DNA of 64,000 bases from Limnothrix sp. BL-A-16. Its GTDB lineage: Bacteria > Cyanobacteriota > Cyanobacteriia > CACIAM-69d. Within the stretch, counting starts at the first letter, position 1. Every line of letters begins with the position of its first letter. Location: positions 3,392,001 to 3,456,000 of the forward strand of contig CP166615.1 of assembly GCA_041937175.2 (NCBI GenBank), read 5' to 3'. The notes under the pieces are model-generated. The model ran no database searches and was not told where the DNA came from. It saw only the letters and a list, made by a program, of their open reading frames with translations. Of the stretch, positions 1 to 11,572 are shown piece after piece. Position numbers and translations under genes: made by a program.

Positions 1-123
1 AGAGCCGCCCAATACCGCGCCGATCACACCAAACCAAAGGGCAAAGTCACCCCACTCTAAGCCCAGGCGATCGAGCAATTGGGATTCAACCACGGCCATG
101 AATGCTGTCATCACTGCTGTCAT
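1..123 (-). CDS. 5' part of a probable membrane protein (runs off window)
   Basis: Manual translation MTAVMTAFMAVVESQLLDRLGLEWGDFALWFGVIGAVLGGS..., open to the window edge, hydrophobic. Confidence 0.4.
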   Translation of the reverse strand, partial: MTAVMTAFMAVVESQLLDRLGLEWGDFALWFGVIGAVLGGS

Positions 124-383
124 TACCCCGATTATGATCGTTGATGGATGAATCTGCTGAATTTGAGAATGGATCTGATTCGTCGGCTGAATAGACCAAT
201 TTCTAATCAGTTTAAAACCAATCAGAAACTAATAGAGCCAAGGGATAACTCAATCCTCCCTTGGCTCTGCAATCTTTAGCGATAAGTTTCAAGTGCTAGG
301 TTTCAACAGCGTTTTCCACTGCTTAGGGTTAATCAACGGTTGCAACTTAGCCTCTTAACTGAAGCATTTTGGCTGAAGTACCC

Positions 384-584
384 TTAAGCCGGTTGGCGAA
401 ACAGCGTTGATAGATAAACCCGCGACACCCGCCGATCGCTCTCCCCGTTTTGCAACAGAAAAAGCGACAGAGCCGCCGCAAACACCCGGTTCAAATCCCA
501 GTCGGGATGCACTTCCAAATAATCCTTAAGGGCTTCGTGGAGTTCTTCAGGAATTTCCGCCACGATGCTAACTGTGCCACTCAT
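384..584 (-). CDS. DUF2811-type small cyanobacterial protein
   Basis: IVAEIPEELHEALKDYLEVHPDWDLNRVFAAALSLFLLQNG family pattern; start taken at MSGTVS. Confidence 0.8.
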   Translation of the reverse strand: MSGTVSIVAEIPEELHEALKDYLEVHPDWDLNRVFAAALSLFLLQNGESDRRVSRVYLSTLFRQPA

Positions 585-820
585 CGGCAAAACCCCAGCC
601 ACATTGGTAAGCGGCAACATTGTGCGCCAGGCTCTCGGCGATGTCAATGCTGCGAAATATTGCGATCCAGTTCAAAAACTCAGAATTTTTTCTGGATAGC
701 ACATATTTTTACTCATTTAATTTACATAAAGTCATACAAAATTGCCTTTTATGAGAAGCTGGGCGATCGCCCAAAACAATCCCCAACCGAACGACAAACC
801 GTATCGTTGGCGACATAGCC

Positions 821-883
821 TGTGGAAAACTCCGCCATTTCTGTGGAAAACTTGGGGGTCTTCTGTGGAAAACCTGTGGAAAA
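821..883 (-). promoter_or_regulatory. Cluster of four DnaA boxes (TTTTCCACA on - strand)
   Basis: TGTGGAAAA at 821-829, 842-850, 864-872 and 875-883, all in the same orientation. Confidence 0.7.
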
Positions 884-1013
884 CTTTCCCCCAAAATAAG
901 AATTTCCCCTTTGCAAAATGATTTGCATCCTCAGAAATCCTGACCGGGGGCCTCGGATCGTCAGCCCAGCGCCCAATGCGATAATGGGGGTGTTGAATTC
1001 AGCCCAGCTAGTC

Positions 1014-2249
1014 GTGACCGTAACCCCGCTCCGTTCCGCCACCTTCAATGCCCAAGTGCCCGATGCCCTCGGCCGGTTTGGCCAGTTCGGCGGCAAATAC
1101 GTTCCCGAAACCCTGATGCCCGCCCTGGCTGAGTTGGAGCGGGCCTACGAGCACTATCGGCACGACCCAGACTTTCAAGCGGAACTTCAAGGGTTGCTGC
1201 AAGACTATGTGGGCCGCCCCAGCCCGCTCTACTTTGCCGAGCGACTGACCCAGCACTATGCCCGGCCCGACGGCAGCGGCCCGCAAATTTACCTGAAGCG
1301 CGAAGACCTGAACCACACGGGCGCACACAAAATTAACAACGCGATCGCCCAAGCCCTGCTCGCTAAACGGATGGGCAAACAGCGAATCATTGCCGAAACC
1401 GGAGCCGGCCAGCACGGCGTAGCGACGGCCACCGTTTGCGCCCGCTTTGGCCTCGATTGCGTGATTTACATGGGCATCCATGACATGGAGCGCCAGGCCC
1501 TGAACGTGTTCCGCATGAAGCTGATGGGTGCAGAGGTGCGACCCGTGGAAGCGGGAACCGGCACGCTGAAGGATGCCACCTCGGAAGCGATTCGCGACTG
1601 GGTGACCAACGTGGAAACCACCCACTACATCCTCGGTTCCGTGGCTGGCCCCCACCCTTACCCGATGATGGTGCGCGACTTCCACGCCATCATCGGCGAA
1701 GAAACCCGCCAACAGTGCCAAGCCAAGTGGGGCGGACTGCCAGATATTTTGCTTGCCTGCGTCGGTGGTGGCTCCAATGCCATGGGGCTGTTCCATGAGT
1801 TTGTGACGGAACCAACCGTGCGGATGATTGGTGTGGAAGCGGCGGGCGAGGGAGCCGACACCGAAAAGCACGCGGCTACCTTGACCAAGGGCCGGGTGGG
1901 TGTGTTGCATGGGGCCATGAGCTATTTGCTGCAAGATGGTGACGGCCAGGTCATTGAGGCCCACTCGATCAGCGCCGGGTTGGACTATCCCGGTGTGGGC
2001 CCAGAGCACGCCTACTTGAAGGATGCGGGACGTGCGGAGTACTACAGCGTGACGGATCAGGAGGCGTTGGATGCCTTCCAACGGGTGTCGCGTCTGGAGG
2101 GAATTATCCCGGCGCTGGAAACGGCCCACGCCTTTGCCCATCTGGAAAAACTTTGCCCGACCTTGGACGGCAGCCCGAAGATTGTGATTAATTGTTCGGG
2201 CCGGGGCGATAAAGATGTGCAAACGGTAGCCAAGGTGTTGATGCCTTAG
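1014..2249 (+). CDS. trpB: Tryptophan synthase beta chain
   Basis: [16 protein letters not shown] (PLP lysine), [27 protein letters not shown] start chosen. Confidence 0.97.
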   Translation: MTVTPLRSATFNAQVPDALGRFGQFGGKYVPETLMPALAELERAYEHYRHDPDFQAELQGLLQDYVGRPSPLYFAERLTQHYARPDGSGPQIYLKREDLNHTGAHKINNAIAQALLAKRMGKQRIIAETGAGQHGVATATVCARFGLDCVIYMGIHDMERQALNVFRMKLMGAEVRPVEAGTGTLKDATSEAIRDWVTNVETTHYILGSVAGPHPYPMMVRDFHAIIGEETRQQCQAKWGGLPDILLACVGGGSNAMGLFHEFVTEPTVRMIGVEAAGEGADTEKHAATLTKGRVGVLHGAMSYLLQDGDGQVIEAHSISAGLDYPGVGPEHAYLKDAGRAEYYSVTDQEALDAFQRVSRLEGIIPALETAHAFAHLEKLCPTLDGSPKIVINCSGRGDKDVQTVAKVLMP

Positions 2250-2390
2250 TGCCTGTCGTCAAATCGCCTGAAACCCTGATTCCACCGTTGCTGGATCGTG
2301 GGGGACAAGGGGCTTGAGCATCTTGTTACAACGACTGGGACATGGAAAATCAATCGTTTTCACCTGATCCTAGGAAATGACGACAGGCCC
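2249..2390. mobile_element. MITE family A (142 bp; TIR GGGCCTGTCGTCA; TA flanks)
   Basis: gtgcctgtcgtca...tgacgacaggccc with internal caaggggcttgagcatcttg; homologous copies elsewhere in the window. Confidence 0.8.
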
Positions 2391-2398
2391 TTGTATGT

Positions 2399-3660
<1,262 letters not shown>

Positions 3661-3975
3661 GCTTTACATTTTGTCACTTTCAGACCCTTGCGCCTCCTCG
3701 GCGAACACAGTATCTAGGCCTGGTTGTCACGCCCGATCGCTTGGGATGGGAATGGCTGATTTTTGCAGCCATATCCGTAGGGGTGTACCGCCGTATGCCC
3801 CTACCCAGACGCTCCTTACCCCCAAGATCTTGCAGCGACAAAATTAGGGTTTTGGGAGTGGCATGACAAATCCTCAACCCCTTTTTGATCGTGGACTGAT
3901 CAACCAGCAGCGACGGCCAAATCAGGGGAGCATCGCCACCGCCAAAACCGCACGAGAGCGAGAGTCGCAACAACC

Positions 3976-4656
3976 ATGAAAATTTTGGGCGCGGGCCTCA
4001 GCAAAACGGGCACTTCTTCACTTCATGCGGCTTTGCAGATTCTGGGGTTCTATGGGCTGCATTTCGATCGCGATCGCCTCAACGAGATCCTCAGCGGCCA
4101 AGTCACCCAACCCAATTTCCGCTGCTATGACGATGTGGACGTGGTGACGGATTTGCCCAGCGCCTATTTTTATCGGGAGTTGGCGGCCGCCTATCCCGAC
4201 AGCAAAATCATTCTGACCGTGCGCGATCTGGATGCCTGGTGGCGCAGTGTGGAATTTCATATCAATCACCGCTTTCCGGTGTCGCCCAGTGTGGGGATTC
4301 GGGCCCAGCTTGCCCAGCGTTGGCAGCTCGATCGCTGGTTGAGCCATGGGCCTTGGCCGACGGATTGGCAAGTGGGCTGGCAAAACTTCTGGCAAGAAAG
4401 TGCATCGCAACAGTTTCGCCGCGACCTGCGCAATTGTGTTTATGGCTCGGCGATCGCCACTGAGTTTCTTTATAAGAAGAAGTATCTGGAGCATAACGAT
4501 CGGGTGATGGCAGAAATTCCGCCCGATCGACTGCTGGTGATGAATATTCCCGCCGGGGATGGTTGGGAACAACTCTGCCCTTTTTTAGGGGTGCCAATTC
4601 CCGATCAACCCTTTCCCCACGCCTACAAAACCGAGCACCAAGCCTACAAACGTTAA
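3976..4656 (+). CDS. Sulfotransferase-family P-loop protein
   Basis: KILGAGLSKTGTSSL, KIILTVRD..WWRS, GDGWEQLCPFLG..PFPH. Confidence 0.85.
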   Translation: MKILGAGLSKTGTSSLHAALQILGFYGLHFDRDRLNEILSGQVTQPNFRCYDDVDVVTDLPSAYFYRELAAAYPDSKIILTVRDLDAWWRSVEFHINHRFPVSPSVGIRAQLAQRWQLDRWLSHGPWPTDWQVGWQNFWQESASQQFRRDLRNCVYGSAIATEFLYKKKYLEHNDRVMAEIPPDRLLVMNIPAGDGWEQLCPFLGVPIPDQPFPHAYKTEHQAYKR

Positions 4657-4726
4657 TCAGCAAAAAGCAAGACTGACCCTGTGTTAGAGTCATTCCGACC
4701 CGATCCGGATGGTTTAAACAATTCCC

Positions 4727-6223
4727 ATGGCCAGACTCAGCGGAATCTTGCTGCACCCCACTTCGCTCCCCAGTCGCTACGGAGTGGGTGATCTGGGTGA
4801 CCAGGCCATTGCCTTTTGCGATTGGTTGCAAGCGGGGGCCCAACGGGTGTGGCAAATGTTGCCTCTGGGGCCCGTGGGTGCTGGCAATTCGCCCTATATG
4901 AGTTTTTCTGCGATCGCCGGGGAGCCGTTGTTGATCAGCCCCGATCGCCTGGTGGAATCCGGCTGGTTGCCCGCCGCCGCCCTCGAACAAGGGCCCGATT
5001 TCAATCCCCATCGGGTGGACTTTGCGGCAGTGCGGGCCTATAAAGATCGCCTGTTTGTCCAAGCCTGGGCCGGGTTCCAAGTCCATGCCACCGCAGAACA
5101 ACGCACCGCCTTTGAGCAATTTTGCACCGAGCAGGCCGACTGGCTCGAGGATTTTGCCCTGTTCATGACCCTGAAGGCGGAATTTGGCCAAATTGTTTGG
5201 AACCGTTGGGATGTGGGATTTGCCCAGCGAGATCCGGTCGTGTTGGCCGCCGCTCGCCAAACCCTAAAGGAGTCGATCGCCCTGCAACGGTTTTTGCAGT
5301 TCGTCTTCTTTGAGCAGTGGCAACAGCTCAAAACCGCTGCCAACGAACGGGGCGTGCAACTGGTGGGCGATGTGCCCATCTATGTCTCCTTCGACAGCGC
5401 CGACGTTTGGGCGAATCGCGAGCTGTTTGCCCTGGATCCAGACACCCTGGATCCGGCCCAAATGGCCGGCGTACCCCCGGACTATTTCAGTGCCACGGGG
5501 CAACTGTGGGGGAACCCGGTTTATGACTGGGAAACCAACGCCCAAACGGGCTATCACTGGTGGATCAAGCGATTCCGCCACCTGTTCACCATGGTGGATT
5601 GGGTACGAATTGACCATTTCCGAGGGTTCGAGTCCTTTTGGGCCGTGCCCCAAGGGGAAGAAACCGCCATCAATGGCGATTGGGTTCCCGGGCCGGGAGC
5701 GGCATTTTTTGAAGCGGTGCAGGGGGCCTTGGGCAAGCTGCCGGTGATTGCGGAAGATTTGGGGATTATTACGCCCGAGGTGGAAGCACTGCGCGATCGC
5801 TTCCAATTCCCCGGCATGAAGATTCTGCAATTTGCCTTTGACTCCGGCAGCGGTAACCCCTATTTGCCCCACAATTACCGCAGTCCCAACTATGTGGTTT
5901 ATACGGGAACCCACGATAATGACACCACGGTGGGTTGGTTTAATGGTCGATCGCCCGAGGAGCAACAGCGCGTAATCCGCTACGCTGGCTATGCGGGCCC
6001 CGATGGCATTCAGTGGGATCTCACCCGGATGGCCATGGCCTCGGTGGCCGATTGGGCGATCGTCCCGTTGCAAGACTGCTTGGGCTTTGGCAGCGATTGC
6101 CGCATGAATGTGCCCGGCCAGGCCGATGGTAATTGGGAGTGGCGCTGTTTGGAGGGATCCTTTGCCCCTTGGATGGCCGATCGACTCCGGGAGTTGGTGG
6201 ATTTGTATGGCCGCTGGGGATAG
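4727..6223 (+). CDS. malQ: 4-alpha-glucanotransferase (GH77)
   Basis: SGILLHPTSLP, GVPPDYFSATGQLWGNP, RIDHFRG, IAEDLG, YTGTHDN. Confidence 0.96.
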   Translation: MARLSGILLHPTSLPSRYGVGDLGDQAIAFCDWLQAGAQRVWQMLPLGPVGAGNSPYMSFSAIAGEPLLISPDRLVESGWLPAAALEQGPDFNPHRVDFAAVRAYKDRLFVQAWAGFQVHATAEQRTAFEQFCTEQADWLEDFALFMTLKAEFGQIVWNRWDVGFAQRDPVVLAAARQTLKESIALQRFLQFVFFEQWQQLKTAANERGVQLVGDVPIYVSFDSADVWANRELFALDPDTLDPAQMAGVPPDYFSATGQLWGNPVYDWETNAQTGYHWWIKRFRHLFTMVDWVRIDHFRGFESFWAVPQGEETAINGDWVPGPGAAFFEAVQGALGKLPVIAEDLGIITPEVEALRDRFQFPGMKILQFAFDSGSGNPYLPHNYRSPNYVVYTGTHDNDTTVGWFNGRSPEEQQRVIRYAGYAGPDGIQWDLTRMAMASVADWAIVPLQDCLGFGSDCRMNVPGQADGNWEWRCLEGSFAPWMADRLRELVDLYGRWG

Positions 6224-6337
6224 GGGTAACCTTGCCACGGTCGAGCACCTGATAGTCATCATCAGCCAGGCCCCAAAACCGGCCTGAGGACACAAAGGAT
6301 CAGATCTTGGAGAATAACCCCCACCCGATCGACTCGG

Positions 6338-7081
6338 GTGCATGAAATCAGGCGATCGCCCCGCATGAGCAGAAACTTTGCCAATCGCCGTCTTGACCTT
6401 GCGCGAATCATGCCCGACTCATTCCTTGAAGAATTCGGGCAAAAAGACGCGGGCACAAGACGGTTTTTGCTCAATGCCCTCACCCTATTTGCCGCCATTT
6501 CCCCCGAACAGCAACACCAAGCCATCAACGATCTGATTCAGTTTGAAATCATCATTTTGTCCGATCGCTCGCGGGAATTTTTGCGACGACGGGTGCAAGG
6601 CTTGCTGAAACGATTTTACTTACAAAAAAATCTGGGCGAAAACGATATTCGTGAATATTACTATCGTTATTACATCCTCACGGGCACAATTCCAGAGCGC
6701 CTAACGCCCGATTATTTAAATTTTTTGATGAAGTTCATTGTGGGCATTGAACTGATCATCATGATTTTCTGCATGAGCTTCATGGAGCAACAGCGCTTTT
6801 TTGAGCTGCAAGGCAAATATTCCACCCAAGCCCTGTTGTTTTATCACTACATTCGCCCCATCCGAGATAAGTTGGTGCGCGAACGAGTGGTGACGCGGGA
6901 TCCATCCGGCAATCACTACTATCGGCGGCCCACCCTCGATCATTCTGAGGTGATGGATTTTGTTTTTGATGTGTTCGATCTCGATCGCATCGTCGCCTTG
7001 GGCGAATATGCCGAAAAACTAGCCTTTGAGCGGGACTACATCCACAGCGGCCCCGATGAGCTGGAGTCGGACGGATCCTGA
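6338..7081 (+). CDS. Hypothetical protein
   Basis: 247-aa ORF, no motif recognised; start uncertain. Confidence 0.6.
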   Translation: MHEIRRSPRMSRNFANRRLDLARIMPDSFLEEFGQKDAGTRRFLLNALTLFAAISPEQQHQAINDLIQFEIIILSDRSREFLRRRVQGLLKRFYLQKNLGENDIREYYYRYYILTGTIPERLTPDYLNFLMKFIVGIELIIMIFCMSFMEQQRFFELQGKYSTQALLFYHYIRPIRDKLVRERVVTRDPSGNHYYRRPTLDHSEVMDFVFDVFDLDRIVALGEYAEKLAFERDYIHSGPDELESDGS

Positions 7082-8146
7082 GCGCCATCCCCCTGGCGAT
7101 CGGTGGCTGGCCGCTGGCGTGACCGTTGCCTGAACCTTCCCAAATTGCCCTAATCATCCTGCATCACCCTAATTGTCCTGAGGAACTGGGCCAGCCCTTG
7201 GGAACCTGGTGATACTGGTTACGTCCTTGATTGAGGATCCCTCGAAAAATAGCCCATAGCCAAGATTTACTGAAAAGAATCAAGCTCCTGGGTTTTAATT
7301 CCAGTCACTGTCAAAGCCTGCTTTTAGAATCAACCCAACCACTGAGTTTTGTTTTCAGTAGCCCTTAAAATCAAGAAATTGATTGGATCAATTAGATAAA
7401 ATCTCTAAGCTTCAACCACAAGAAAACTATTAATAGAAAAAATCGATCCAAAGCTGAATCTCTCATTCATGGGCATGAGGCTTGGGGGGATTGCGGTTGA
7501 CGATCCCTAACCGAATGACGGGAGCGATCGGCCATGGATCGCCCATGAATCTCCTCAGTCCTTCAGGATCAATCCGCCTGGGATGCCTTCCTTTTGGCTC
7601 GATCGCCCCTTAGGCCCCAACCCCACGTGATTGCTATCCCCAAACAACCCGAGCCGATCGCCCTGATGGGATTGGGCGGATTGCGTGATCACTCCACCCA
7701 AACTTTGACCAAGGCCCGATCGCCATCTGTCCGATCCTGAAAATCCGGTTCTCAACAGTCGCTCCCCCGACGAACCAGACAGGGCGATCGTTCCCGATCA
7801 GTTTCCAGAAAAATCAAGAATTGCGGGAACTTTTTGAAAACTTTTCAGAACATTTTGTTCCCGCAAAATTCCCCAAAAAAAATTCTCCCACTTCCGGATT
7901 CTTCGATCGCTTCCCGAAGGAATAGGCAGCGAACCACAGTTCACCAACCCGCACAGGGAACGCAACAGCAATTCACTTGCACCTCGATAGCGGTTCCGGT
8001 TCCACCGGCCCCTAAGCACCCAAGAATGCAGGACTTGCACCAGCGTTTGGGACTCGAACTCGTGACCGCAATGGTTGCGGCTGTTCGTCCGCGCCTCTTC
8101 AACTCAACAGCTCACCTTTTGCAACTCAAGTCCACTGGAGGAGTCA

Positions 8147-10315
8147 ATGGCTGTTATTAACGGAACCAACTTTCCCGATGTCATCCCCATTACTGAAACC
8201 CAAGCCGCCCTCGACAGCCTGGCCGGGAATGATGTGATCAGCGGTTTGGATAGCAACGACATCATCCGGGGCTATAACGGAGACGATCGGATCCTGGGCG
8301 GCAACGACAACGATCGCCTGTTTGGCAACCAAGGCGTAGACACCCTGGAAGGGGAATCGGGCGACGATGAATTGCTCGGCGGCGCTGGCAATGACCTGTT
8401 GTTGGGCGGACTCGGCAACGACCTGCTGTTCGGCAACATGGACAGCGACCAACTGTATGGCGGCAGCGGCGGCGACGAGCTGTATGGCGGCAAAGGCAAC
8501 GACCTGCTGTTTGGCGAAGACGGCGATGATGTGTTGTCCGGCGACCTGGGCGCAGACACCATGCGCGGCGGCCAAGGCAACGATACCTTTGTGATCGGTC
8601 GCCGCAGCGACAGCTTCTCGGCCCAGACCGGTCAAATCTCCACCGGCGGTTCCACCATCCTGGAAGCCGATGTGATTGAAGACTTCAGCCAATTTGGCCA
8701 AGACCAAATCCGGCTGATTGGCGGAGTCACGATGTCTGACCTGGAAATCTTTGATGGTTCCGGTCAAACCGCTGGCAGCGCCATCATTCGCGACAAAGGC
8801 AACAACCAAATTTTGGCGGTGGTGAAAGGGGTCAGCGCCAACCAACTGATGAACACCCCCGGCACGTTCAGTTCCGATGGTGTGCAGCCGGGATCTGTGC
8901 CACCCCAAGGCGCACTGCAATTCTCGGTGGCCAACCTGACCGGCACGGAAGGTTCCCAAGTGGAAGTGACCGTGACGCGGGATGTGAACCAATCGGCGGG
9001 CGCGGTTTCCGTGGATGTGGGCGTGTTGGGCGGCACGGCAACGGCCAACGCGGACTACAAAACCTTCAACCAAACCCTGAACTTTGCGCCGGGTCAAATT
9101 AGCCAAACCTTCAAGGTGGATCTGATTGACGACGCACCTTTGGCTGACAGCGGCGAAACGATTCGGATGTTGCTGTCTCGTCCCACGGGCGGCGCAATCT
9201 TGGGCAAGCAGGATTCGGCAATCTTGACGATCGTGGACAAGGGCGCAACGGGTGGCGGCGGAACCACTGGCTCTTCCACTTTCCAATTCAGCGGCGCAAC
9301 CTACACGGCGACGGAAGGCACGGCCACGGTACAAGCGGCCATCAACATCACCCGCACGGGCGACACCTCCCAAGCTGGCTCCGTCACCTTCTCGACCGGC
9401 ACAGGCGGCACGGCGACGGCTGGCTCGGACTACACGGCGGTGGCGAACCAAGTGGTGAGCTTCGCGGCGGGTGAAACGACCAAGACGGTGAACGTGCCAG
9501 TTTTGTCCGATGCGATCACGCCAGAAGCCGATGAAACGGTGAATCTGACTCTGACGGCCCCCACTGGCGGTACGTTGGGCACTCAGGTCACTTCGGTGTT
9601 GACGATCAAGGATGTGTCAACTTCAACCACAACCACGCCGCCCGGTAGCTCGGCTGTTGGCAGTACACTACAGTTCAACAACGATCCGAATGCGATCACG
9701 GCTGATCAAGGCTTGCTCTCTACCTTCCCCGGCGGGATTAATGGTGGCGGTGGAGACGATCAGTTCACCTACTCAAACACGGCTCCAGCAATCCTTCGCG
9801 GTGAAGGCGGTAACGATACCTTTGCGCCTGGGGCAGTTGCGCCGACAGCTCCCATTTCGATCGATGGTGGCGATGGTAACGATGCGATTACGGGTAGCCC
9901 GATCGCAGGTGATAAGTTGCTGGGCGGCGCGGGTGATGACGTGATTACGGCGGGCGCTGGTGGTGGCACGATTGTCGGTGGCCCAGGTCTTGATCGAATG
10001 ACAGGCGCGGCGGGTGTTGATGTGTTTGCGTTCCAAGCTAGTGACTTGACGACCAGCGCGCTGACAGCGGATCAGATCACGACTTTCACCACTGGCGCTG
10101 ACAAAATTGGTCTTGGCCCTGGCCTGACCAGTGTGGTGATTACGCCGGAAGTGGTGAATGTGGCGGGCGTGGCTGCAACATCAGATTTGGCGCTAACCTA
10201 CACCGACGCAAGTGGTGTGAAGAAGTACCTGGCAGTATTGGTAGATACGGCGGCTGCGGGTTTTGTGGCAGCAACCGATGTGACCAACGTTGCGGCCAGC
10301 ACGTTCACAATCTAG
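8147..10315 (+). CDS. RTX (hemolysin-type Ca-binding) repeat / Calx-beta surface protein, S-layer-like
   Basis: GGAGG RBS; many GGxGxDxLx nonapeptides; two Calx-beta-like domains (GTATAGSDY, FAAGETTKTVNV). Confidence 0.88.
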   Translation: MAVINGTNFPDVIPITETQAALDSLAGNDVISGLDSNDIIRGYNGDDRILGGNDNDRLFGNQGVDTLEGESGDDELLGGAGNDLLLGGLGNDLLFGNMDSDQLYGGSGGDELYGGKGNDLLFGEDGDDVLSGDLGADTMRGGQGNDTFVIGRRSDSFSAQTGQISTGGSTILEADVIEDFSQFGQDQIRLIGGVTMSDLEIFDGSGQTAGSAIIRDKGNNQILAVVKGVSANQLMNTPGTFSSDGVQPGSVPPQGALQFSVANLTGTEGSQVEVTVTRDVNQSAGAVSVDVGVLGGTATANADYKTFNQTLNFAPGQISQTFKVDLIDDAPLADSGETIRMLLSRPTGGAILGKQDSAILTIVDKGATGGGGTTGSSTFQFSGATYTATEGTATVQAAINITRTGDTSQAGSVTFSTGTGGTATAGSDYTAVANQVVSFAAGETTKTVNVPVLSDAITPEADETVNLTLTAPTGGTLGTQVTSVLTIKDVSTSTTTTPPGSSAVGSTLQFNNDPNAITADQGLLSTFPGGINGGGGDDQFTYSNTAPAILRGEGGNDTFAPGAVAPTAPISIDGGDGNDAITGSPIAGDKLLGGAGDDVITAGAGGGTIVGGPGLDRMTGAAGVDVFAFQASDLTTSALTADQITTFTTGADKIGLGPGLTSVVITPEVVNVAGVAATSDLALTYTDASGVKKYLAVLVDTAAAGFVAATDVTNVAASTFTI

Positions 10316-10425
10316 AACTGCACGGATTAGAACAGGACGAGAAATTCTGTCCTGTGAAGACTGCCAAAAATTTCACTTCTGTTTGGAGGGGCTGGGTCGA
10401 TCGACCTGGCCCCTTTCCTTGGTGG

Positions 10426-10746
10426 TTAGCGCGGGGCCTTTGCCCAGCCGGCCGCGATCGCCTCCGCCTCGGAACAGAACCAGCGTTCCCCGCGCGATAG
10501 GTCGATCACCGTGCGCTCATAGTCCCGCATTCCCGGCAGGTGATATAGCCGTCGCCCGGTGCTTTGGCCATCTGTGGTTTGGGAGATGTTGCCTTTGATC
10601 GGGCAATTGGGATCGGGTGGGGTGGTGGAACGGCTGCTGGGGGCTGATTGGGTGTTGGGTCGCTGTTGGGCCTGGGCCGGTGCGATCGGGACGATTGTCG
10701 TGGCCACAATCAACAGGGGGATCAGATTTCCTAGACGAGTCTTCAT
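10426..10746 (-). CDS. Secreted protein with ExoI/thermonuclease C-terminal-like domain
   Basis: Signal peptide; CPIKGNIS...YHLPG...Y..T...GERWFCSEAEAIAAGW. Confidence 0.8.
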   Translation of the reverse strand: MKTRLGNLIPLLIVATTIVPIAPAQAQQRPNTQSAPSSRSTTPPDPNCPIKGNISQTTDGQSTGRRLYHLPGMRDYERTVIDLSRGERWFCSEAEAIAAGWAKAPR

Positions 10747-10768
10747 TAAACTGCTTCAGAAGTGATGA

Positions 10769-11452
10769 TTATGCATTAGCTTGTTCTGAGCCATTTTCGT
10801 TGGTGTCGCTCTCATGATCTTCACCCATATCAAAAACATCGAGCTGCATCGATCCCCGAGTCTCGACACTTTGACTCACAGGCAGGTGATTAGCTGCCAT
10901 TATTTTTTCTGACAGCTTTAAGTGCAGGTCTTGGCTATCCTTGTGCTGCAAAGCCAATTCATGGGACTTCATCAAAGCCTCTTGACTGCAACGGTGGTCT
11001 GGCCCATGGTAAGCATAGAGCCATGCACCAGAATCAGTTTCCCCGACAGGCAGTATTATTTCTGCATAGTCTCTTAACCATATCGACACCTGTTCGCGTC
11101 CATACGATTTTTCCATTTTGTACAACTGCTGTCTTAGAGAAGAACGGTATTTGCTTATAACCTGCGCTACCCTTTTTGTGTAAATTTTCTTAGCATCATC
11201 AACAGGATTTCGCTGACAGTAGCCATCCCAAAAAGGCTTGGGCGTATCTCTGGAGTCATCCCTGAATGCAAGAGGGTAAATAGCCATCGCCATCTCTTCT
11301 TTTGTGCGTGGTTCTTCAGAATTCTTGAGATAGGCAAGTAAAGTGCGTGCTTTTTGCCCAAGGTCTTGTTTACTTGGAAATTTCCTTGCAGTCCAAGCTG
11401 GCCAAAAACTATTGACTGTTTCTTCATCAAAGTTAAAATTTTCTTGTGTCAC
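10769..11452 (-). CDS. Hypothetical protein, possible winged-helix DNA-binding domain
   Basis: 227-aa low-GC ORF; LLAYL..EEPRTKEEMAMAIY...VAQVISKYRSSL resembles OmpR-type wHTH. Confidence 0.6.
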   Translation of the reverse strand: MTQENFNFDEETVNSFWPAWTARKFPSKQDLGQKARTLLAYLKNSEEPRTKEEMAMAIYPLAFRDDSRDTPKPFWDGYCQRNPVDDAKKIYTKRVAQVISKYRSSLRQQLYKMEKSYGREQVSIWLRDYAEIILPVGETDSGAWLYAYHGPDHRCSQEALMKSHELALQHKDSQDLHLKLSEKIMAANHLPVSQSVETRGSMQLDVFDMGEDHESDTNENGSEQANA

Positions 11453-11572
11453 GGATAGATCACCTAGGCAAGAAATTCAAAAGTACGATCCGATCATAAT
11501 GAATCAAATTCTGAGCAACCACCAGAGTGAGGTCGTGAAAACCGTACAAGTAATAGTAGGGAGTTTATTGAA

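Noticed and set aside
1008..2222. Long antisense ORFs (also opposite malQ, RTX genes, typA, ispG, cobQ)
   Set aside because: Shadow ORFs of GC-rich coding strands without protein motifs
7082..8146. Riboswitch or ncRNA in the long leader before the RTX gene
   Set aside because: Short hairpins only; no recognisable family motif
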